A stretch of 64,000 nucleotides of DNA, taken from positions 26,522-90,521 of the IMG/VR virus record IMGVR_UViG_2724679557_000005, one strand, 5' to 3'. The position numbers and the translations under genes were made by a program. This document shows, piece by piece, positions 1 through 11,429 of the stretch; the stretch's first letter is position 1; each line of letters opens with the position of its first letter. The notes beneath the pieces were generated by a model. That model was given only the letters and a program-made list of their open reading frames with translations. It was not told the origin of the DNA and ran no database searches. Source of the DNA: a virus (lineage: Duplodnaviria > Caudoviricetes).

Positions 1-1
1 A

Positions 2-802
2 GTTTCTAATATTTTAAAAAATGCTACAAGTAATAGTTTAGTTTTACTTGATGAAGTTGGAAGAGGAACTTCAACTTATGATGGACTTTCAATTGCTTGG
101 TCTGTTATTGAATATATAACTAAAAATAAAAATTTAAGATGCAAAACTTTATTTGCAACTCATTATCACGAACTTGTTAAACTTGAAGGGATTTTACCTG
201 GAGTTAAAAATTACTCTGTAGCAGTTAAAAAGTTAAAAGATAGTGTAGTATTTTTAAGAAAAATAGTAGAGGGCGGTGCAGATGAATCTTACGGTATAGA
301 AGTTGCAAAGCTTGCAGGACTTCCTGAGAATGTTATTAATCGTGCCAGAGAAATTCTTGAGGATTTAGAAAGTAAAAATACCTTTGATATAAATAAATTA
401 TCATCATGTTCAATGGTTTCAAATAACACAAAAGAAATTGCTGCTGATTCTATTAAAAATGAAGAGGATAAAGTTATTTCTAATGCACAAAATATAGATG
501 TAAATGAAACTAATTGTAACTATAATGAAGAGAAAATATTAAAAATTGAAACTCAAAATTCAGAATATGAAGAAACTATAAAATTTTTGAAATCTGAAAT
601 AAAAGAGTTACAAGAATCAAATAAAAAACACAATAAAAAGCATAAAGATGCTTCTAATGACAATATGCAAATTAACTTTGAAGTTATGGAAAAAGAAAAT
701 TTTATAAAAGAGATTAGTGATGTAGACATATTAAATCTTAACCCTATGGAAGCTATGAACACTTTATATAAAGTAGTTACAGATGCAAAAAAACTTCAAT
801 AA
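2..802 (+). CDS. mutS: DNA mismatch repair protein MutS, 3' part (starts before window)
   Basis: Frame from base 2 reads [29 protein letters not shown]...LFATHYHEL...[14 protein letters not shown] (MutS ATPase domain) and is continuous with the 413..802 ORF ending [10 protein letters not shown]. Confidence 0.97.
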   Translation, partial: VSNILKNATSNSLVLLDEVGRGTSTYDGLSIAWSVIEYITKNKNLRCKTLFATHYHELVKLEGILPGVKNYSVAVKKLKDSVVFLRKIVEGGADESYGIEVAKLAGLPENVINRAREILEDLESKNTFDINKLSSCSMVSNNTKEIAADSIKNEEDKVISNAQNIDVNETNCNYNEEKILKIETQNSEYEETIKFLKSEIKELQESNKKHNKKHKDASNDNMQINFEVMEKENFIKEISDVDILNLNPMEAMNTLYKVVTDAKKLQ

Positions 803-826
803 AAATGATAAATAGGAGATAACTTT

Positions 827-994
827 ATGAATTGTGGTTGTGGTATTCCTTTAGAATGTCCAAAATGCAAAGAAAAGCTACTTAGAAAGCGTAAAATAGA
901 TGGAGCATATATAATAATAGAGAGGTTTTGTCCAAATTCCAAATGTGACTATATAATTAGAGAAGCTAAAATTTTTAATGATGATGTAAATTAA
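827..994 (+). CDS. Small Cys-rich zinc-ribbon-like protein (55 aa), not in ORF track
   Basis: AGGAG RBS; translates MNCGCGIPLECPKCKEK...RFCPNSKCDY... with CxxC and CxxxxC pairs. Confidence 0.6.
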   Translation: MNCGCGIPLECPKCKEKLLRKRKIDGAYIIIERFCPNSKCDYIIREAKIFNDDVN

Positions 995-1203
995 AATATA
1001 ATAGTTTATTATAAGAGTACTTAAATTCTTCTGATATAATCAGTTGATTTTAAGTACTCTTTTTTATAAAAATTAATACTTTATGGAATTATATATTTGC
1101 ATGTGTTTGATTTTTATAATAAAACACAAAATATATGTATTCACATTTTATATAATAGTAATTTGCAATTTAACTTATAATTTAAAAATAAAAAAACTTT
1201 CAA

Positions 1204-1266
1204 TGTAAACATTGACAATACATATACGTATAAGTTATTATTTAAATACAACATGTACGTATATGT
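1204..1266 (+). promoter_or_regulatory. tre operon promoter with cre-like site and two TreR-like operators
   Basis: TTGACA at 1212 and TATTAT at 1236; TGTAAACATTGACA (1204-1217) resembles the CcpA cre; near-palindromes CATATACGTATAAG (1221-1234) and ACATGTACGTATATGT (1251-1266). Confidence 0.65.
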
Positions 1267-1287
1267 ATTAAGAGGGAGGGAAAAATA

Positions 1288-2694
1288 ATGTCTAAATATA
1301 ATAAGGAAGTTAAAGAATTATTAAAATACATTGGTGGAAAAGAAAATGTAAGTGCTGTATCACATTGTGCAACAAGAATGAGATTTGTTTTAAATGATAC
1401 ATCTATTGCAGACGAAGAAAAAATTAAAAAAATTAAATTTGTTAAGGGTACATTTACTCAAGCAGGGCAATTTCAGGTTATTGTTGGAAACGATGTAGCA
1501 GAATTTTATAATGAGTTCACTGCATTAGCTGGAATTGATGGTGTAAGCAAAGACAACTTAAAAAGTTCAGCTAAATCAAATATGAATATTGTTCAAAGAA
1601 TGATGGCTAATATAGCAGAAATATTTTCACCTTTAATCCCTGCAATTATAGTAGGAGGACTTATATTAGGTTTTAGAAATATCATAGGTGATATTAAGAT
1701 GTTTGAAAACGGTACAAAGACTCTTATTGAAATATCACAATTCTGGGCAGGAACACATGGCTTTTTATGGTTAATAGGCGAAGCAATATTCCACTTCTTG
1801 CCTGTTGGAATCACATGGGCTGTAACTAAGAAAATGGGAACAACTCAAATACTTGGTATAGTACTAGGTATTACATTAATGTCACCGCAACTTTTAAATG
1901 CTTATGCTGTTGCAGGGGCTGATTCAATTCCATTTTGGGATTTTGGTTTTGCAAAAATAGATATGATTGGTTATCAAGCACAAGTTATACCTGCTATTTT
2001 AGCTGGATTTGTACTAGCATATCTTGAAAAAGGAGTTAGAAAAATAGTTCCTTCTTCAATATCAATGATATTTGTACCATTTTTTGCTTTAGTACCAACT
2101 GTTTTAATAGCACATACTGTTCTTGGACCTATAGGTTGGGCGATTGGTTCTTGGGTTTCAGCAGTAGTTTATGGTGGATTAACATCAGCATTTGGAAGTA
2201 TATTTGCTGCAATATTTGGATTCCTTTATGCACCACTTGTTATAACTGGATTACATCATATGACTAATGCAATAGACTTACAATTAATGGCTGAATTTGG
2301 TGGTACAGCTTTATGGCCAATGATAGCTTTATCAAATATAGCTCAAGGATCAGCTGTTTTAGCCATGATTTATCTTCAAAGAAAAAATGAAGAGGAAAAA
2401 CAAATAGCAATTCCAGCATGTATATCAGCTTACTTAGGTGTAACTGAACCAGCATTATTTGGTATTAATATAAAATATAGATTCCCATTCATATGTGGAA
2501 TGATAGGTTCAGCTATAGCTGCTGTAATATCTGTATCAACTGGAGTAATGGCAAACTCTGTAGGAATTGGTGGATTACCTGGTATTTTATCAATTAAACC
2601 ACAACATATGCTTATGTTTGCAGTAGCAATGATAATAGCTATAGTAGTACCTTTTATGTTAACTTTAATAATTGGAAAGAAAAAATTAAGCTAA
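1288..2694 (+). CDS. treB: PTS trehalose-specific EIIBC
   Basis: HCATRMRF EIIB motif, GQFQVIVG, multi-TM EIIC with GLHH and GVTEPALFG; adjacent to treC and treR. Confidence 0.93.
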   Translation: MSKYNKEVKELLKYIGGKENVSAVSHCATRMRFVLNDTSIADEEKIKKIKFVKGTFTQAGQFQVIVGNDVAEFYNEFTALAGIDGVSKDNLKSSAKSNMNIVQRMMANIAEIFSPLIPAIIVGGLILGFRNIIGDIKMFENGTKTLIEISQFWAGTHGFLWLIGEAIFHFLPVGITWAVTKKMGTTQILGIVLGITLMSPQLLNAYAVAGADSIPFWDFGFAKIDMIGYQAQVIPAILAGFVLAYLEKGVRKIVPSSISMIFVPFFALVPTVLIAHTVLGPIGWAIGSWVSAVVYGGLTSAFGSIFAAIFGFLYAPLVITGLHHMTNAIDLQLMAEFGGTALWPMIALSNIAQGSAVLAMIYLQRKNEEEKQIAIPACISAYLGVTEPALFGINIKYRFPFICGMIGSAIAAVISVSTGVMANSVGIGGLPGILSIKPQHMLMFAVAMIIAIVVPFMLTLIIGKKKLS

Positions 2695-2728
2695 TAAATA
2701 ATAATTTTAAATTGGAGGAATTAGCAGT

Positions 2729-4387
2729 ATGAAAGACTTTAAAAAAAGTACTGTTTATCAAATATATCCTAAATCATTTAATGATTCAAATGGAGATGGA
2801 ATAGGCGATTTAATTGGAGTAATAAATAAACTAGATTATTTAGAGGAATTAGGGATTGATTATATTTGGCTTACTCCTTTTTATGTATCACCACAAAAAG
2901 ATAATGGCTATGATGTAGCTGATTATTACAATATAGATCCTTTGTTTGGAAGTAATGAAGACTTTGATAGACTTGTTAAGGAAGCTAAAAAAAGAAATAT
3001 TAATATAATGCTTGATATGGTGTTTAATCATACTTCAACAGAGCACAAATGGTTTAAGAATGCCCTAAATGGAGAGAAAAAATTTAAAGACTTCTATATA
3101 TTTAAAAAAAGCAAAGATGGAAATCCACCAACTAATTGGCAATCAAAATTCGGAGGAAATGCTTGGGAATATATAGATAAATTTGATGAATACTATTTGC
3201 ATTTATTTGATAAAACACAAGGAGATTTAGATTGGACTAATTCAGAAGTTAAAAACGAGATATACAAAATAGTAAACCATTGGATAAATAAAGGTGTTAA
3301 AGGATTTAGATTCGATGTTATAAACTTAATTTCAAAACCTGAAAAATTTGAAGATGATACTATAGGTGATGGAAGAAGATTTTATACAGATGGACCTAAT
3401 ATACATAAATATTTAAAGGAATTAAATAACAATACTTTCGGTAAATATAACGATATAATAACAGTTGGAGAAATGTCCTCTACAACTATAGATAATTGTA
3501 TTAAATATTCAAATCCCAATGAAAAAGAATTATCTATGGTATTTAACTTTCATCATTTAAAAGTAGATTATGATAATGGTGATAAATGGACACTTATGAA
3601 TTTTGATTTTAAATTACTAAAATCTATCTTCAAGGAATGGCAAGAAGGTATGGAGCATGGAAATGGTTGGAATGCAGTATTTTGGTGTAACCATGATCAG
3701 CCAAGAATAATTTCTAGATTTGGAAATACCGATAAGTATCATAAAGAAAGTGGAAAGATGCTTGGAACTTGTATTCATATGATGAGAGGAACACCATATA
3801 TTTATCAAGGTGAAGAATTTGGAATGACAAATCCTAATTTTAATTCAATAGATGAATATAGAGATGTTGAATCTAAAAATTATTATAATATTTTAAAAGA
3901 AAATAATGTTGATGAAGAAGAAATATATAAGATATTAGCATGCAAATCAAGAGATAATTCAAGAACACCTATGCAGTGGAATGATAAAGACAATAGTGGA
4001 TTTTCAACAGTCGATCCTTGGATACCAGTTGGAAAGTCTTATAAAGAAATAAATGCAGAAAATGCACTAAAGGATAAGGGATCTATATTCTATCATTATA
4101 AAAAACTTATAGACTTAAGAAAAAAATATGATGTTGTTTCAAATGGAACATTTAAAATGATACTTGAAGAACATGACAAAGTATTAGCTTATACAAGGCA
4201 ATATAAAAATACAAAATTAATAGTTTTAAATAATTTTTATAATGAAGATACACAAGTATTATTACCTCAAGATCTTTTAGGTGATGATTGTAGAATACTA
4301 ATTTCAAATTACGAAGATAGTATGGATTTAAATGATAAAATTTTACTTAGACCATATGAATCTATTGTTTATATTGTTGAGAATTAA
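2729..4387 (+). CDS. treC: Trehalose-6-phosphate hydrolase (GH13)
   Basis: YQIYPKSF, DNGYDV, GFRFDVINLI, NHDQPR, SRDNSRTPMQW motifs; operon context. Confidence 0.93.
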   Translation: MKDFKKSTVYQIYPKSFNDSNGDGIGDLIGVINKLDYLEELGIDYIWLTPFYVSPQKDNGYDVADYYNIDPLFGSNEDFDRLVKEAKKRNINIMLDMVFNHTSTEHKWFKNALNGEKKFKDFYIFKKSKDGNPPTNWQSKFGGNAWEYIDKFDEYYLHLFDKTQGDLDWTNSEVKNEIYKIVNHWINKGVKGFRFDVINLISKPEKFEDDTIGDGRRFYTDGPNIHKYLKELNNNTFGKYNDIITVGEMSSTTIDNCIKYSNPNEKELSMVFNFHHLKVDYDNGDKWTLMNFDFKLLKSIFKEWQEGMEHGNGWNAVFWCNHDQPRIISRFGNTDKYHKESGKMLGTCIHMMRGTPYIYQGEEFGMTNPNFNSIDEYRDVESKNYYNILKENNVDEEEIYKILACKSRDNSRTPMQWNDKDNSGFSTVDPWIPVGKSYKEINAENALKDKGSIFYHYKKLIDLRKKYDVVSNGTFKMILEEHDKVLAYTRQYKNTKLIVLNNFYNEDTQVLLPQDLLGDDCRILISNYEDSMDLNDKILLRPYESIVYIVEN

Positions 4388-4423
4388 GTATATATTATGT
4401 TAAAATATTTATGGTGATAAATT

Positions 4424-5137
4424 ATGGGTAGCAAATATTTTAATATATATAGTGAAATTGCAAATAAAATAGAATCTGGAATATATAAAGCAAATGATGA
4501 AATTTCTTCAGAAAGTGATCTTATGAAAGAATATAAAGTTTCTAGAGATACTGCAAGAAAAGCACTAACTTTACTTGAGGAAAATGGATATATACAAAAG
4601 ATTAAAGGTAGACGATCTTTTGTATTAGATATAAATAAATTTGACTTTCCTGTATCTGGTGTAGTTAGTTTTAAAGAAATTGCAGATAAACTTGGACCAA
4701 ATTCTAAAACTAAAGTTGAAGTTTTAGAATGTATTCAACCAAATGAAAGTATGAGCAAAAAACTATAATTAAGTTCAAAGGATAAGGTTTGGAAAATAAT
4801 AAGATCTAGAAGTATTGCAGATGAAAAAATAATCTTAGATAAGGATTATTTAGCAAAAAAATATGTTGAAAATATAACTGAAGAAATATGTGAAGAATCT
4901 ATTTATAAGTATATTGAAGATGAACTTGGACTAAAAATAGCTTATGCAAAAAAAGAAATAACAGTTCAATTTGCAACAGAAGAAGACAAAAAATATTTAG
5001 ATATGAAAAATTTTAATATGATTGTTGTTGTAAAAAGTTATACTTACTTAGATGATACCAGTTTATTTCAATATACTGAATCTAGACATAGACCTGATAA
5101 GTTTAAATTTGTAGATTTTGCAAGAAGACGTAAATAA
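4424..5137 (+). pseudogene. treR: GntR/HutC-family trehalose repressor TreR interrupted by in-frame TAA at 4766-4768
   Basis: GntR HTH (SESDLMKEYKVSRDTARKAL); after the stop the same frame continues through the UTRA domain to YTESRHRPDKFKFVDFARRRK* at 5137 (238 codons in total). Confidence 0.9.
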
Positions 5138-5161
5138 AAATTAGAATGATTTATTAAGTGA

Positions 5162-5209
5162 TAAAAACTCTTAGGTATTATTTTCAGAAATATAACCTAA
5201 GAGTTTTTA
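5162..5209 (+). terminator. Intrinsic terminator after tre operon
   Basis: TAAAAACTCTTAGGT / ACCTAAGAGTTTTTA inverted repeat. Confidence 0.75.
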
Positions 5210-5364
5210 ATTTATATTTATAATTTAGATTTGTTATTAGCAATTAAATTGGATATAATACATTTGAAGAAACTTATAAATAGAAATTAAATATCTAAAT
5301 ATACATGCAATATGTTATATTAGATTTACTTATAAATTAGAGACTTACAAAGGGGGTGCACAAT

Positions 5365-7395
5365 ATGAAAAGAATTAATATATTAAATGAAGATACAGCT
5401 AATAAAATTGCAGCAGGTGAGGTAGTAGAAAGACCCGCATCAGTAGTAAAGGAATTAGTGGAAAATGCTATAGATGCAAATTCTAAGAATATATTAATAG
5501 AAATAGAAGAGGGTGGAAGTTCTTTAATAAGAATTATTGATGATGGAGATGGGATTTACAAAGAAGATATAGAGAAAGCCTTTTTACCTCATGCCACAAG
5601 TAAGATAAAAGAGTCTGAAGATATATATAGTATTAACACATTAGGTTTTAGGGGAGAAGCTCTTCCATCTATTGCATCGGTAGCTAGAGTTAATTTGAAA
5701 ACAAAACAAGAAACTGAAGAATGTGGATATGAAATTACAATAGAAGGTGGAAAATTTTCAGAAGTTACAGAGTGTGGAGTTAACAAAGGAACTATAATGG
5801 AAGTAAGGGACTTATTTTTCAATGTTCCAGCAAGAAAAAAGTTTCTTAAAACAACATCTAAAGAGTCATCTTTAATTAATGATATTATAACTAGAATAGC
5901 TTTATCTAACCCTAATATTAGTTTTAAGCTATTTAATAATGGGAAAAAGATTATTCATACATATGGTAATGGCAACATGAAAGATGTTATAAGAACTATA
6001 TATGGCAAAAGTATAGTTGAAAATGTATTATATTTTGAAGATACATCTGATATAGCTACTATTTATGGTTATGTTGGAAAAGAGGATATTGCTAGAGGGT
6101 CTAGAAATAATCAAAGTATTTTTGTAAATAGCAGATATATAAAGAATAGAAGTTTAGGAATTGCAGTAGAGCAAGCATTTAAATCATTTTCTACTGTAAG
6201 TAAATTTCCTTTCTTTATATTATTTATAGAAATATATCCTGAATATATAGATGTGAATATTCATCCAACTAAATCAGAAGTAAAATTCAATGATGAACGT
6301 TTCATTTTTAAAAGAATATTTAGTGCTGTTCATACATCTTTAAAAGAAGAAGTTTTTAATACATTTTCAATACCAGAAGAAGAAAAAGAAGCAACTATTA
6401 AAAATTCTAATTTAAATATTGAGGAAATAACCTTTAAAATTGAAGAAGAACAAGAAAAAGTTAAGCTTAATACTAATCATTTATCACAAAAGAACATATG
6501 TTCTACACTCGGAAATAATAGCATAAATAAGCATATTTATGATGAAAAACACAAAATAGAAACTGATATTCACAATAATATTCCTTTAAATGTTAATATT
6601 CCAGTTGATTTAAAATGTGATCATATTAGATTAGAAGAAGATAATAATAGTAATTCTGATAAACAAATAATTAGTGAGAATAATGAAGCAAAGTATGAAA
6701 CATCTTATACATCTAAATCTAATCAGTATGAAAATAGCTGTAAATGTGAAACTGATAATGAAAGTAAACTAAACGTAATAAAAACATCAGACTTAGCAAA
6801 AGAAAAAATTCCTAAGTTTCCTGCTATAAAAATTATTGGTCAATATAATAAAACATATATATTAGGTGAGTATGCAGGAACTCTTTATATGATAGATCAA
6901 CACGCAGCTCATGAAAAAATAATGTTTGAAAAATATTTAAATGATATAAATTGTGGAGATATAATAATACAGCCACTTATGATACCAACAGTAATTGATT
7001 TAAGTATGGATGATTATTCGTATTTCGAAGAAAATAAAGATGTATTTAAAGAAGCTGGCTTTACTATTGAAGAATTTGGTGGCACATCTATATCATTAAA
7101 AGAAGTACCTTATTTTCTAGGTAAACTAAAACCTAAGAATTTGTTTTTAGAAATATTAGATAATCTTAAAAATTTAGGATCAGGTAAAACTACTGAAGTT
7201 AAATATAATGCTATAGCAACTAAAGCATGTAAATCAGCAGTAAAAGGAAATGATTCTTTAGATGAGCTAGAGATGGTTAAATTAATAGAAGAGTTAAGAT
7301 ATATAGATGATCCCTTCCATTGTCCTCATGGAAGACCAACTATTATTCAATTTACTAGTACAGATATAGATAAAAAGTTTAGGAGGATTGTTTAA
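5365..7395 (+). CDS. mutL: DNA mismatch repair protein MutL
   Basis: NKIAAGEVVERP, GFRGEAL, DQHAAHE and CPHGRP motifs; ATG at 5365 follows AGGGGG. Confidence 0.98.
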   Translation: MKRINILNEDTANKIAAGEVVERPASVVKELVENAIDANSKNILIEIEEGGSSLIRIIDDGDGIYKEDIEKAFLPHATSKIKESEDIYSINTLGFRGEALPSIASVARVNLKTKQETEECGYEITIEGGKFSEVTECGVNKGTIMEVRDLFFNVPARKKFLKTTSKESSLINDIITRIALSNPNISFKLFNNGKKIIHTYGNGNMKDVIRTIYGKSIVENVLYFEDTSDIATIYGYVGKEDIARGSRNNQSIFVNSRYIKNRSLGIAVEQAFKSFSTVSKFPFFILFIEIYPEYIDVNIHPTKSEVKFNDERFIFKRIFSAVHTSLKEEVFNTFSIPEEEKEATIKNSNLNIEEITFKIEEEQEKVKLNTNHLSQKNICSTLGNNSINKHIYDEKHKIETDIHNNIPLNVNIPVDLKCDHIRLEEDNNSNSDKQIISENNEAKYETSYTSKSNQYENSCKCETDNESKLNVIKTSDLAKEKIPKFPAIKIIGQYNKTYILGEYAGTLYMIDQHAAHEKIMFEKYLNDINCGDIIIQPLMIPTVIDLSMDDYSYFEENKDVFKEAGFTIEEFGGTSISLKEVPYFLGKLKPKNLFLEILDNLKNLGSGKTTEVKYNAIATKACKSAVKGNDSLDELEMVKLIEELRYIDDPFHCPHGRPTIIQFTSTDIDKKFRRIV

Positions 7396-7398
7396 ACA

Positions 7399-8328
7399 AT
7401 GAAACAAAAGATTTTAGTTCTTGGAGGTCCTACGGCTGTTGGGAAAACGGAACTTTCAATAAAACTTGCTGAAAAATTAAACGGAGAGATAATATCCGCA
7501 GATTCAATGCAAATATACAAGAATATGGATATAGGTTCAGCTAAAGTTACAAAAGAAGAGATGAGAGATATAAATCATCATATGATAGACATTGTTTCTC
7601 CAGAAGAGGAATTTTCAGTTGCAGATTTTAAAAATATAGGTGAAAAAGCAATAAAAGAAATTATAGCTAAGGAAAAACTTCCTATGATAGTTGGAGGTAC
7701 AGGACTTTATATAAATTCTTTAACTTGTAATGTTACCTTTACAGAATCTGAAAAAGATGATGAGTATAGAACTTATCTAGAATCACTTGCAGAAGCTAAT
7801 GGTAATAACTATGTTCATGAAATGCTTAAAGAAATAGATGAAATAAGTTATAGAGATATACATCCTAACAATAGAAAAAGAGTAATAAGGGCCCTTGAAG
7901 TTTTTAAAATTTCAGGAAAGCCATTTAGTTCATATAATGTAGGCGATGATTTCTATAAAACAGATTATGATGTATTTTATTATGTATTAACTATGGATAG
8001 AGAAAAATTATATAATAGGATTAATGAAAGAGTAGATATTATGATTGAAAATGGGCTTATTGATGAGTGCATAGAACTAAAAAAACTTGGATACACTTCA
8101 AGTATGCAGTCTATGCAAGGAATAGGGTATAAAGAGATACTTTATTATTTAGATAAAAAAATATCATTAGATGAAGCTGTTAATTTGATAAAGCAAGGTT
8201 CAAGAAATTATGCTAAAAGACAATTGACTTGGTTTAGAAGAGATCCTAGATGTACTTTTTTAGATAAGGATGTTTTATCTGATGAGGAAATATTAAGTAA
8301 AATTATTGATGACATAACAAATAACTAG
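7399..8328 (+). CDS. miaA: tRNA dimethylallyltransferase
   Basis: [32 protein letters not shown]; mutL-miaA-hfq synteny. Confidence 0.97.
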   Translation: MKQKILVLGGPTAVGKTELSIKLAEKLNGEIISADSMQIYKNMDIGSAKVTKEEMRDINHHMIDIVSPEEEFSVADFKNIGEKAIKEIIAKEKLPMIVGGTGLYINSLTCNVTFTESEKDDEYRTYLESLAEANGNNYVHEMLKEIDEISYRDIHPNNRKRVIRALEVFKISGKPFSSYNVGDDFYKTDYDVFYYVLTMDREKLYNRINERVDIMIENGLIDECIELKKLGYTSSMQSMQGIGYKEILYYLDKKISLDEAVNLIKQGSRNYAKRQLTWFRRDPRCTFLDKDVLSDEEILSKIIDDITNN

Positions 8329-8377
8329 GTTTATAATAGTATAAAGAGAATTAATAAAATGGAGGTAATATGGTTTT

Positions 8378-8611
8378 ATGAATAAGCAACAAAATAATCT
8401 ACAAGATATATTTTTAAACAGTGCAAGAAAAAATAAAATACCTGTAACAGTATATCTTTCAACTGGTTTTAAATTAAATGGAATTGTAAAGGGCTTTGAC
8501 AGTTTTACTGTTATTTTAGATTCTGAGGGTAAACAAATGCTTATATATAAACATGCAATAACCACTGTAACTCCAGAGAAACCAATTTTATTTGTAGATA
8601 ATGAAAGCTAA
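8378..8611 (+). CDS. hfq: RNA chaperone Hfq
   Basis: NLQDIFLN...YKHAI Sm motifs; follows miaA. Confidence 0.97.
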
Positions 8612-8643
8612 AATAAATAGGCAATTAATTGCCTATTTATTTT
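8611..8643 (+). terminator. Intrinsic terminator after hfq
   Basis: AAAATAAATAGGCAATTAATTGCCTATTTATTTT palindrome with T tail. Confidence 0.75.
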
Positions 8644-8686
8644 TGAGGAAATATATTTATAATACCTAGGAGGAGAATAGACTGAA

Positions 8687-9976
8687 ATGTTAAAGAAAAC
8701 AGAAGAATTTCTTATTAATAATTACAATGTTAGTGAGGAAGCATTTAAATTATACAAACAAGCTCTAAAAGAAACAAAAGATATCTTTGAAGAGTACGAT
8801 GAAATAAGAGAATTTAATCAACTTAAAGTATTAAAGGCTTTTCAAGAAGAGAGAATAAGTGAATCACATTTTACTAATACAACTGGATATGGTCTCGATG
8901 ATTTTGGAAGAGATACTTTAGATAGAGTTTATGCTAGAATATTTAAAGCAGAATTGGGATTAGTTAGACCAAACTTTGTAAGTGGAACCCATGCTATCGG
9001 TGCTGCTATGATGGGAAATGTAAGACCAGGTGATAAAATACTATGCGTTTCAGGAATGCCTTACGATACACTTTTAGGGGTATTAGGACTTGCTGATAAA
9101 AAAACTAAAGGCTCATTAGATGAATATAATATAAAAACAGATGTTATTGAATTAGATGAGAATGGAAAATTTAAATTTGCTAAAATTAAAGAAACATTAA
9201 AAAATGATAAATCTATAAAGCTAATACATATACAAAGAAGCACAGGATATGCTTCTAGAAAATCTTTCTTAGTTTCAGAAATTGAAGAAGTAATAAAATG
9301 CATAAAGGAAGTAAGAGAAGATGTTGTAATATTTGTAGATAACTGTTATGGAGAATTTATAGAAGATATTGAACCAACAGAAGTTGGAGCAGATCTTATG
9401 GCAGGATCTCTTATGAAAAATATAGGTGGAGGTATTGCTCCAGGTGGTGGATACATAGTTGGTAAAAAAGAATATGTTGAACAAGCATCTTATAGATTTA
9501 CTGTTCCTGGAATAGGAGGAGAGTATGGTGCAACTTATGGACTTATGAGAAGTTTATATCAAGGATTATTTTCAGCACCACACGTTTCTATGGAAGCTGT
9601 AAAAACAGCAATATTCTGTGCTAAAGCAATGGAGCTTGCTGGATTTAAGGGATTCCCATCATCTACTGATAAAAGAACTGATATAATACAAGCTATAGAA
9701 TTTGGTGATCCTAAAAAGTTAATTCAATTTTGTAACGGAATTCAAGCAGCTTCACCAATTGATGCATTTGCAGTATGTGAACCATGGGCTATGCCAGGCT
9801 ATGATAGTGAAATAATAATGGCAGCTGGTGCATTTATATCTGGTTCAACAATAGAATTATCTGCAGATGGTCCAATAAGGGAACCTTATATAGCTTATAT
9901 GCAAGGTGGTTTGAATTTTGATCATGGCAAAATCGGAATTTTAATAGGACTAAGTAAAGTACTTGAAGTAAAATAA
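8687..9976 (+). CDS. YnbB-like PLP-dependent methionine gamma-lyase / aluminium-resistance family protein
   Basis: VSGTHAI, IQRSTGY, FVDNCYGEF, GSLMKNIGGG, ELSADGP motifs. Confidence 0.85.
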   Translation: MLKKTEEFLINNYNVSEEAFKLYKQALKETKDIFEEYDEIREFNQLKVLKAFQEERISESHFTNTTGYGLDDFGRDTLDRVYARIFKAELGLVRPNFVSGTHAIGAAMMGNVRPGDKILCVSGMPYDTLLGVLGLADKKTKGSLDEYNIKTDVIELDENGKFKFAKIKETLKNDKSIKLIHIQRSTGYASRKSFLVSEIEEVIKCIKEVREDVVIFVDNCYGEFIEDIEPTEVGADLMAGSLMKNIGGGIAPGGGYIVGKKEYVEQASYRFTVPGIGGEYGATYGLMRSLYQGLFSAPHVSMEAVKTAIFCAKAMELAGFKGFPSSTDKRTDIIQAIEFGDPKKLIQFCNGIQAASPIDAFAVCEPWAMPGYDSEIIMAAGAFISGSTIELSADGPIREPYIAYMQGGLNFDHGKIGILIGLSKVLEVK

Positions 9977-10147
9977 CTAAAAATTTTATTAATTTAATTA
10001 GTACTGAACATAAAAAAGCTGAAATACTAAATTATAACTTAGTATTTCAGCTAATAAACGTTTCACCACTAATTAAAGTATAAGAATTAATTCAATCCAC
10101 TAATTTTAATAAAGACTAAATTAGTGGATTGAATTTAATCGATTAAG

Positions 10148-10753
10148 TTAGTAAGATCTAAATATTCCAACTAATTTGCCTAAAACAGAACAATTATCAA
10201 CAATTATTGGATTCATAGAATCATTTTCAGGTTGTAATCTTATATGATCTTTTTCTTTAAAAAATCGTTTAATTGTTGCTTCTTCATCTATTAATGCAAC
10301 AACAATATCTCCGTTCAATGCAGTTTGACAACTTTCAATAATTGCTAAATCATTATCTCTTATTCCTGCATTAACCATACTTTCACCAGACACTCTTAAC
10401 ATAAATAATTCATTATCGTGTTTTATATAATCAAGAGGTATAGGAAATGAATCTTCTATATTTTCAGTTGCTAATATAGGTAACCCTGCTGTAATTTTAC
10501 CAACTATAGGTATGTTTATCATTTCTTTTTTATCTCTATTATTTTTAACTATTTCTAATGCTCTTGGTTTCGTTGGATCTCTTCTGATTAACCCTTTTTT
10601 CTCCAATCGTTTCAAGTGACCATGTACAGTAGAGGTAGATCTTAATGAAACAGCTTCACATATTTCTCTTACTGAAGGTGGATATCCCTTATTTTCTATA
10701 TATAATTTTAAAAATTCATAAATCTCTGTTTGTCTGTCTTTGCTCTCTATCAT
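10148..10753 (-). CDS. lexA: SOS repressor LexA
   Basis: [17 protein letters not shown] cleavage site, GESM serine and TIKRF lysine. Confidence 0.97.
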   Translation of the reverse strand: MIESKDRQTEIYEFLKLYIENKGYPPSVREICEAVSLRSTSTVHGHLKRLEKKGLIRRDPTKPRALEIVKNNRDKKEMINIPIVGKITAGLPILATENIEDSFPIPLDYIKHDNELFMLRVSGESMVNAGIRDNDLAIIESCQTALNGDIVVALIDEEATIKRFFKEKDHIRLQPENDSMNPIIVDNCSVLGKLVGIFRSY

Positions 10754-10808
10754 TGATATTACACCTCTCTATCTTAGTGTTATTATAACATAGCTTTTAT
10801 AATATAAC

Positions 10809-10820
10809 AAACTTATGTTC
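10809..10820. promoter_or_regulatory. SOS box upstream of lexA
   Basis: AAACTTATGTTC, one mismatch to the Firmicute GAAC-N4-GTTC, about 55 bp upstream of the lexA start. Confidence 0.7.
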
Positions 10821-10910
10821 TGTATGTCTAAAATTAAAGTTTAAATTTTAGATTTCATTTGATTTAAATTTATTGTTTTGATATAATATAATGACGATTT
10901 CATAATAGAA

Positions 10911-11360
10911 ATGAAGGTGGTTATAATAATGAAAAATAAATATACTGATGATGATTATTGCGATATATATGAAAATAAAATTTGTGATAATTGTGGTAAA
11001 TGTTTAGAAATAGATGGAGTAGACATTAAAGCTATAAAAATAGAAGAAATTGCAAAAAATAAAGAGGAAAACAAAATGTTGGAAGAAGAATTCCTGAGTA
11101 ATTTAAAATCATCTCTTAACGAAGAGCAAATAGAAGAATTAGAGGAAAATAATTTAAACTTAAAAGATGCGTATTCTAAATTTATTGAATCTAATGGATT
11201 AAATTCTTCTGAATTTTCTATTTCAAAAGAAGAAGAATATGAAGATGCATTTGATCATATTGAATATTTAGATGATAATGAATTGTTTGATGATGAAAAT
11301 ATAGAAGATGTTACTGAAGAAGTATATCCAGGTGTAAGAAAATTCAAAAACAAAGCATAA
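10911..11360 (+). CDS. Acidic hypothetical protein with N-terminal Cys cluster
   Basis: C-x7-CxxCxxC (CDIYENKICDNCGKC), divergent from lexA. Confidence 0.7.
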   Translation: MKVVIIMKNKYTDDDYCDIYENKICDNCGKCLEIDGVDIKAIKIEEIAKNKEENKMLEEEFLSNLKSSLNEEQIEELEENNLNLKDAYSKFIESNGLNSSEFSISKEEEYEDAFDHIEYLDDNELFDDENIEDVTEEVYPGVRKFKNKA

Positions 11361-11429
11361 AAATGTATATATATCCTTTTTTAACACAAACTATTATTGA
11401 AATAGTTGTGGAAAAGAGGTGTAACTTTT

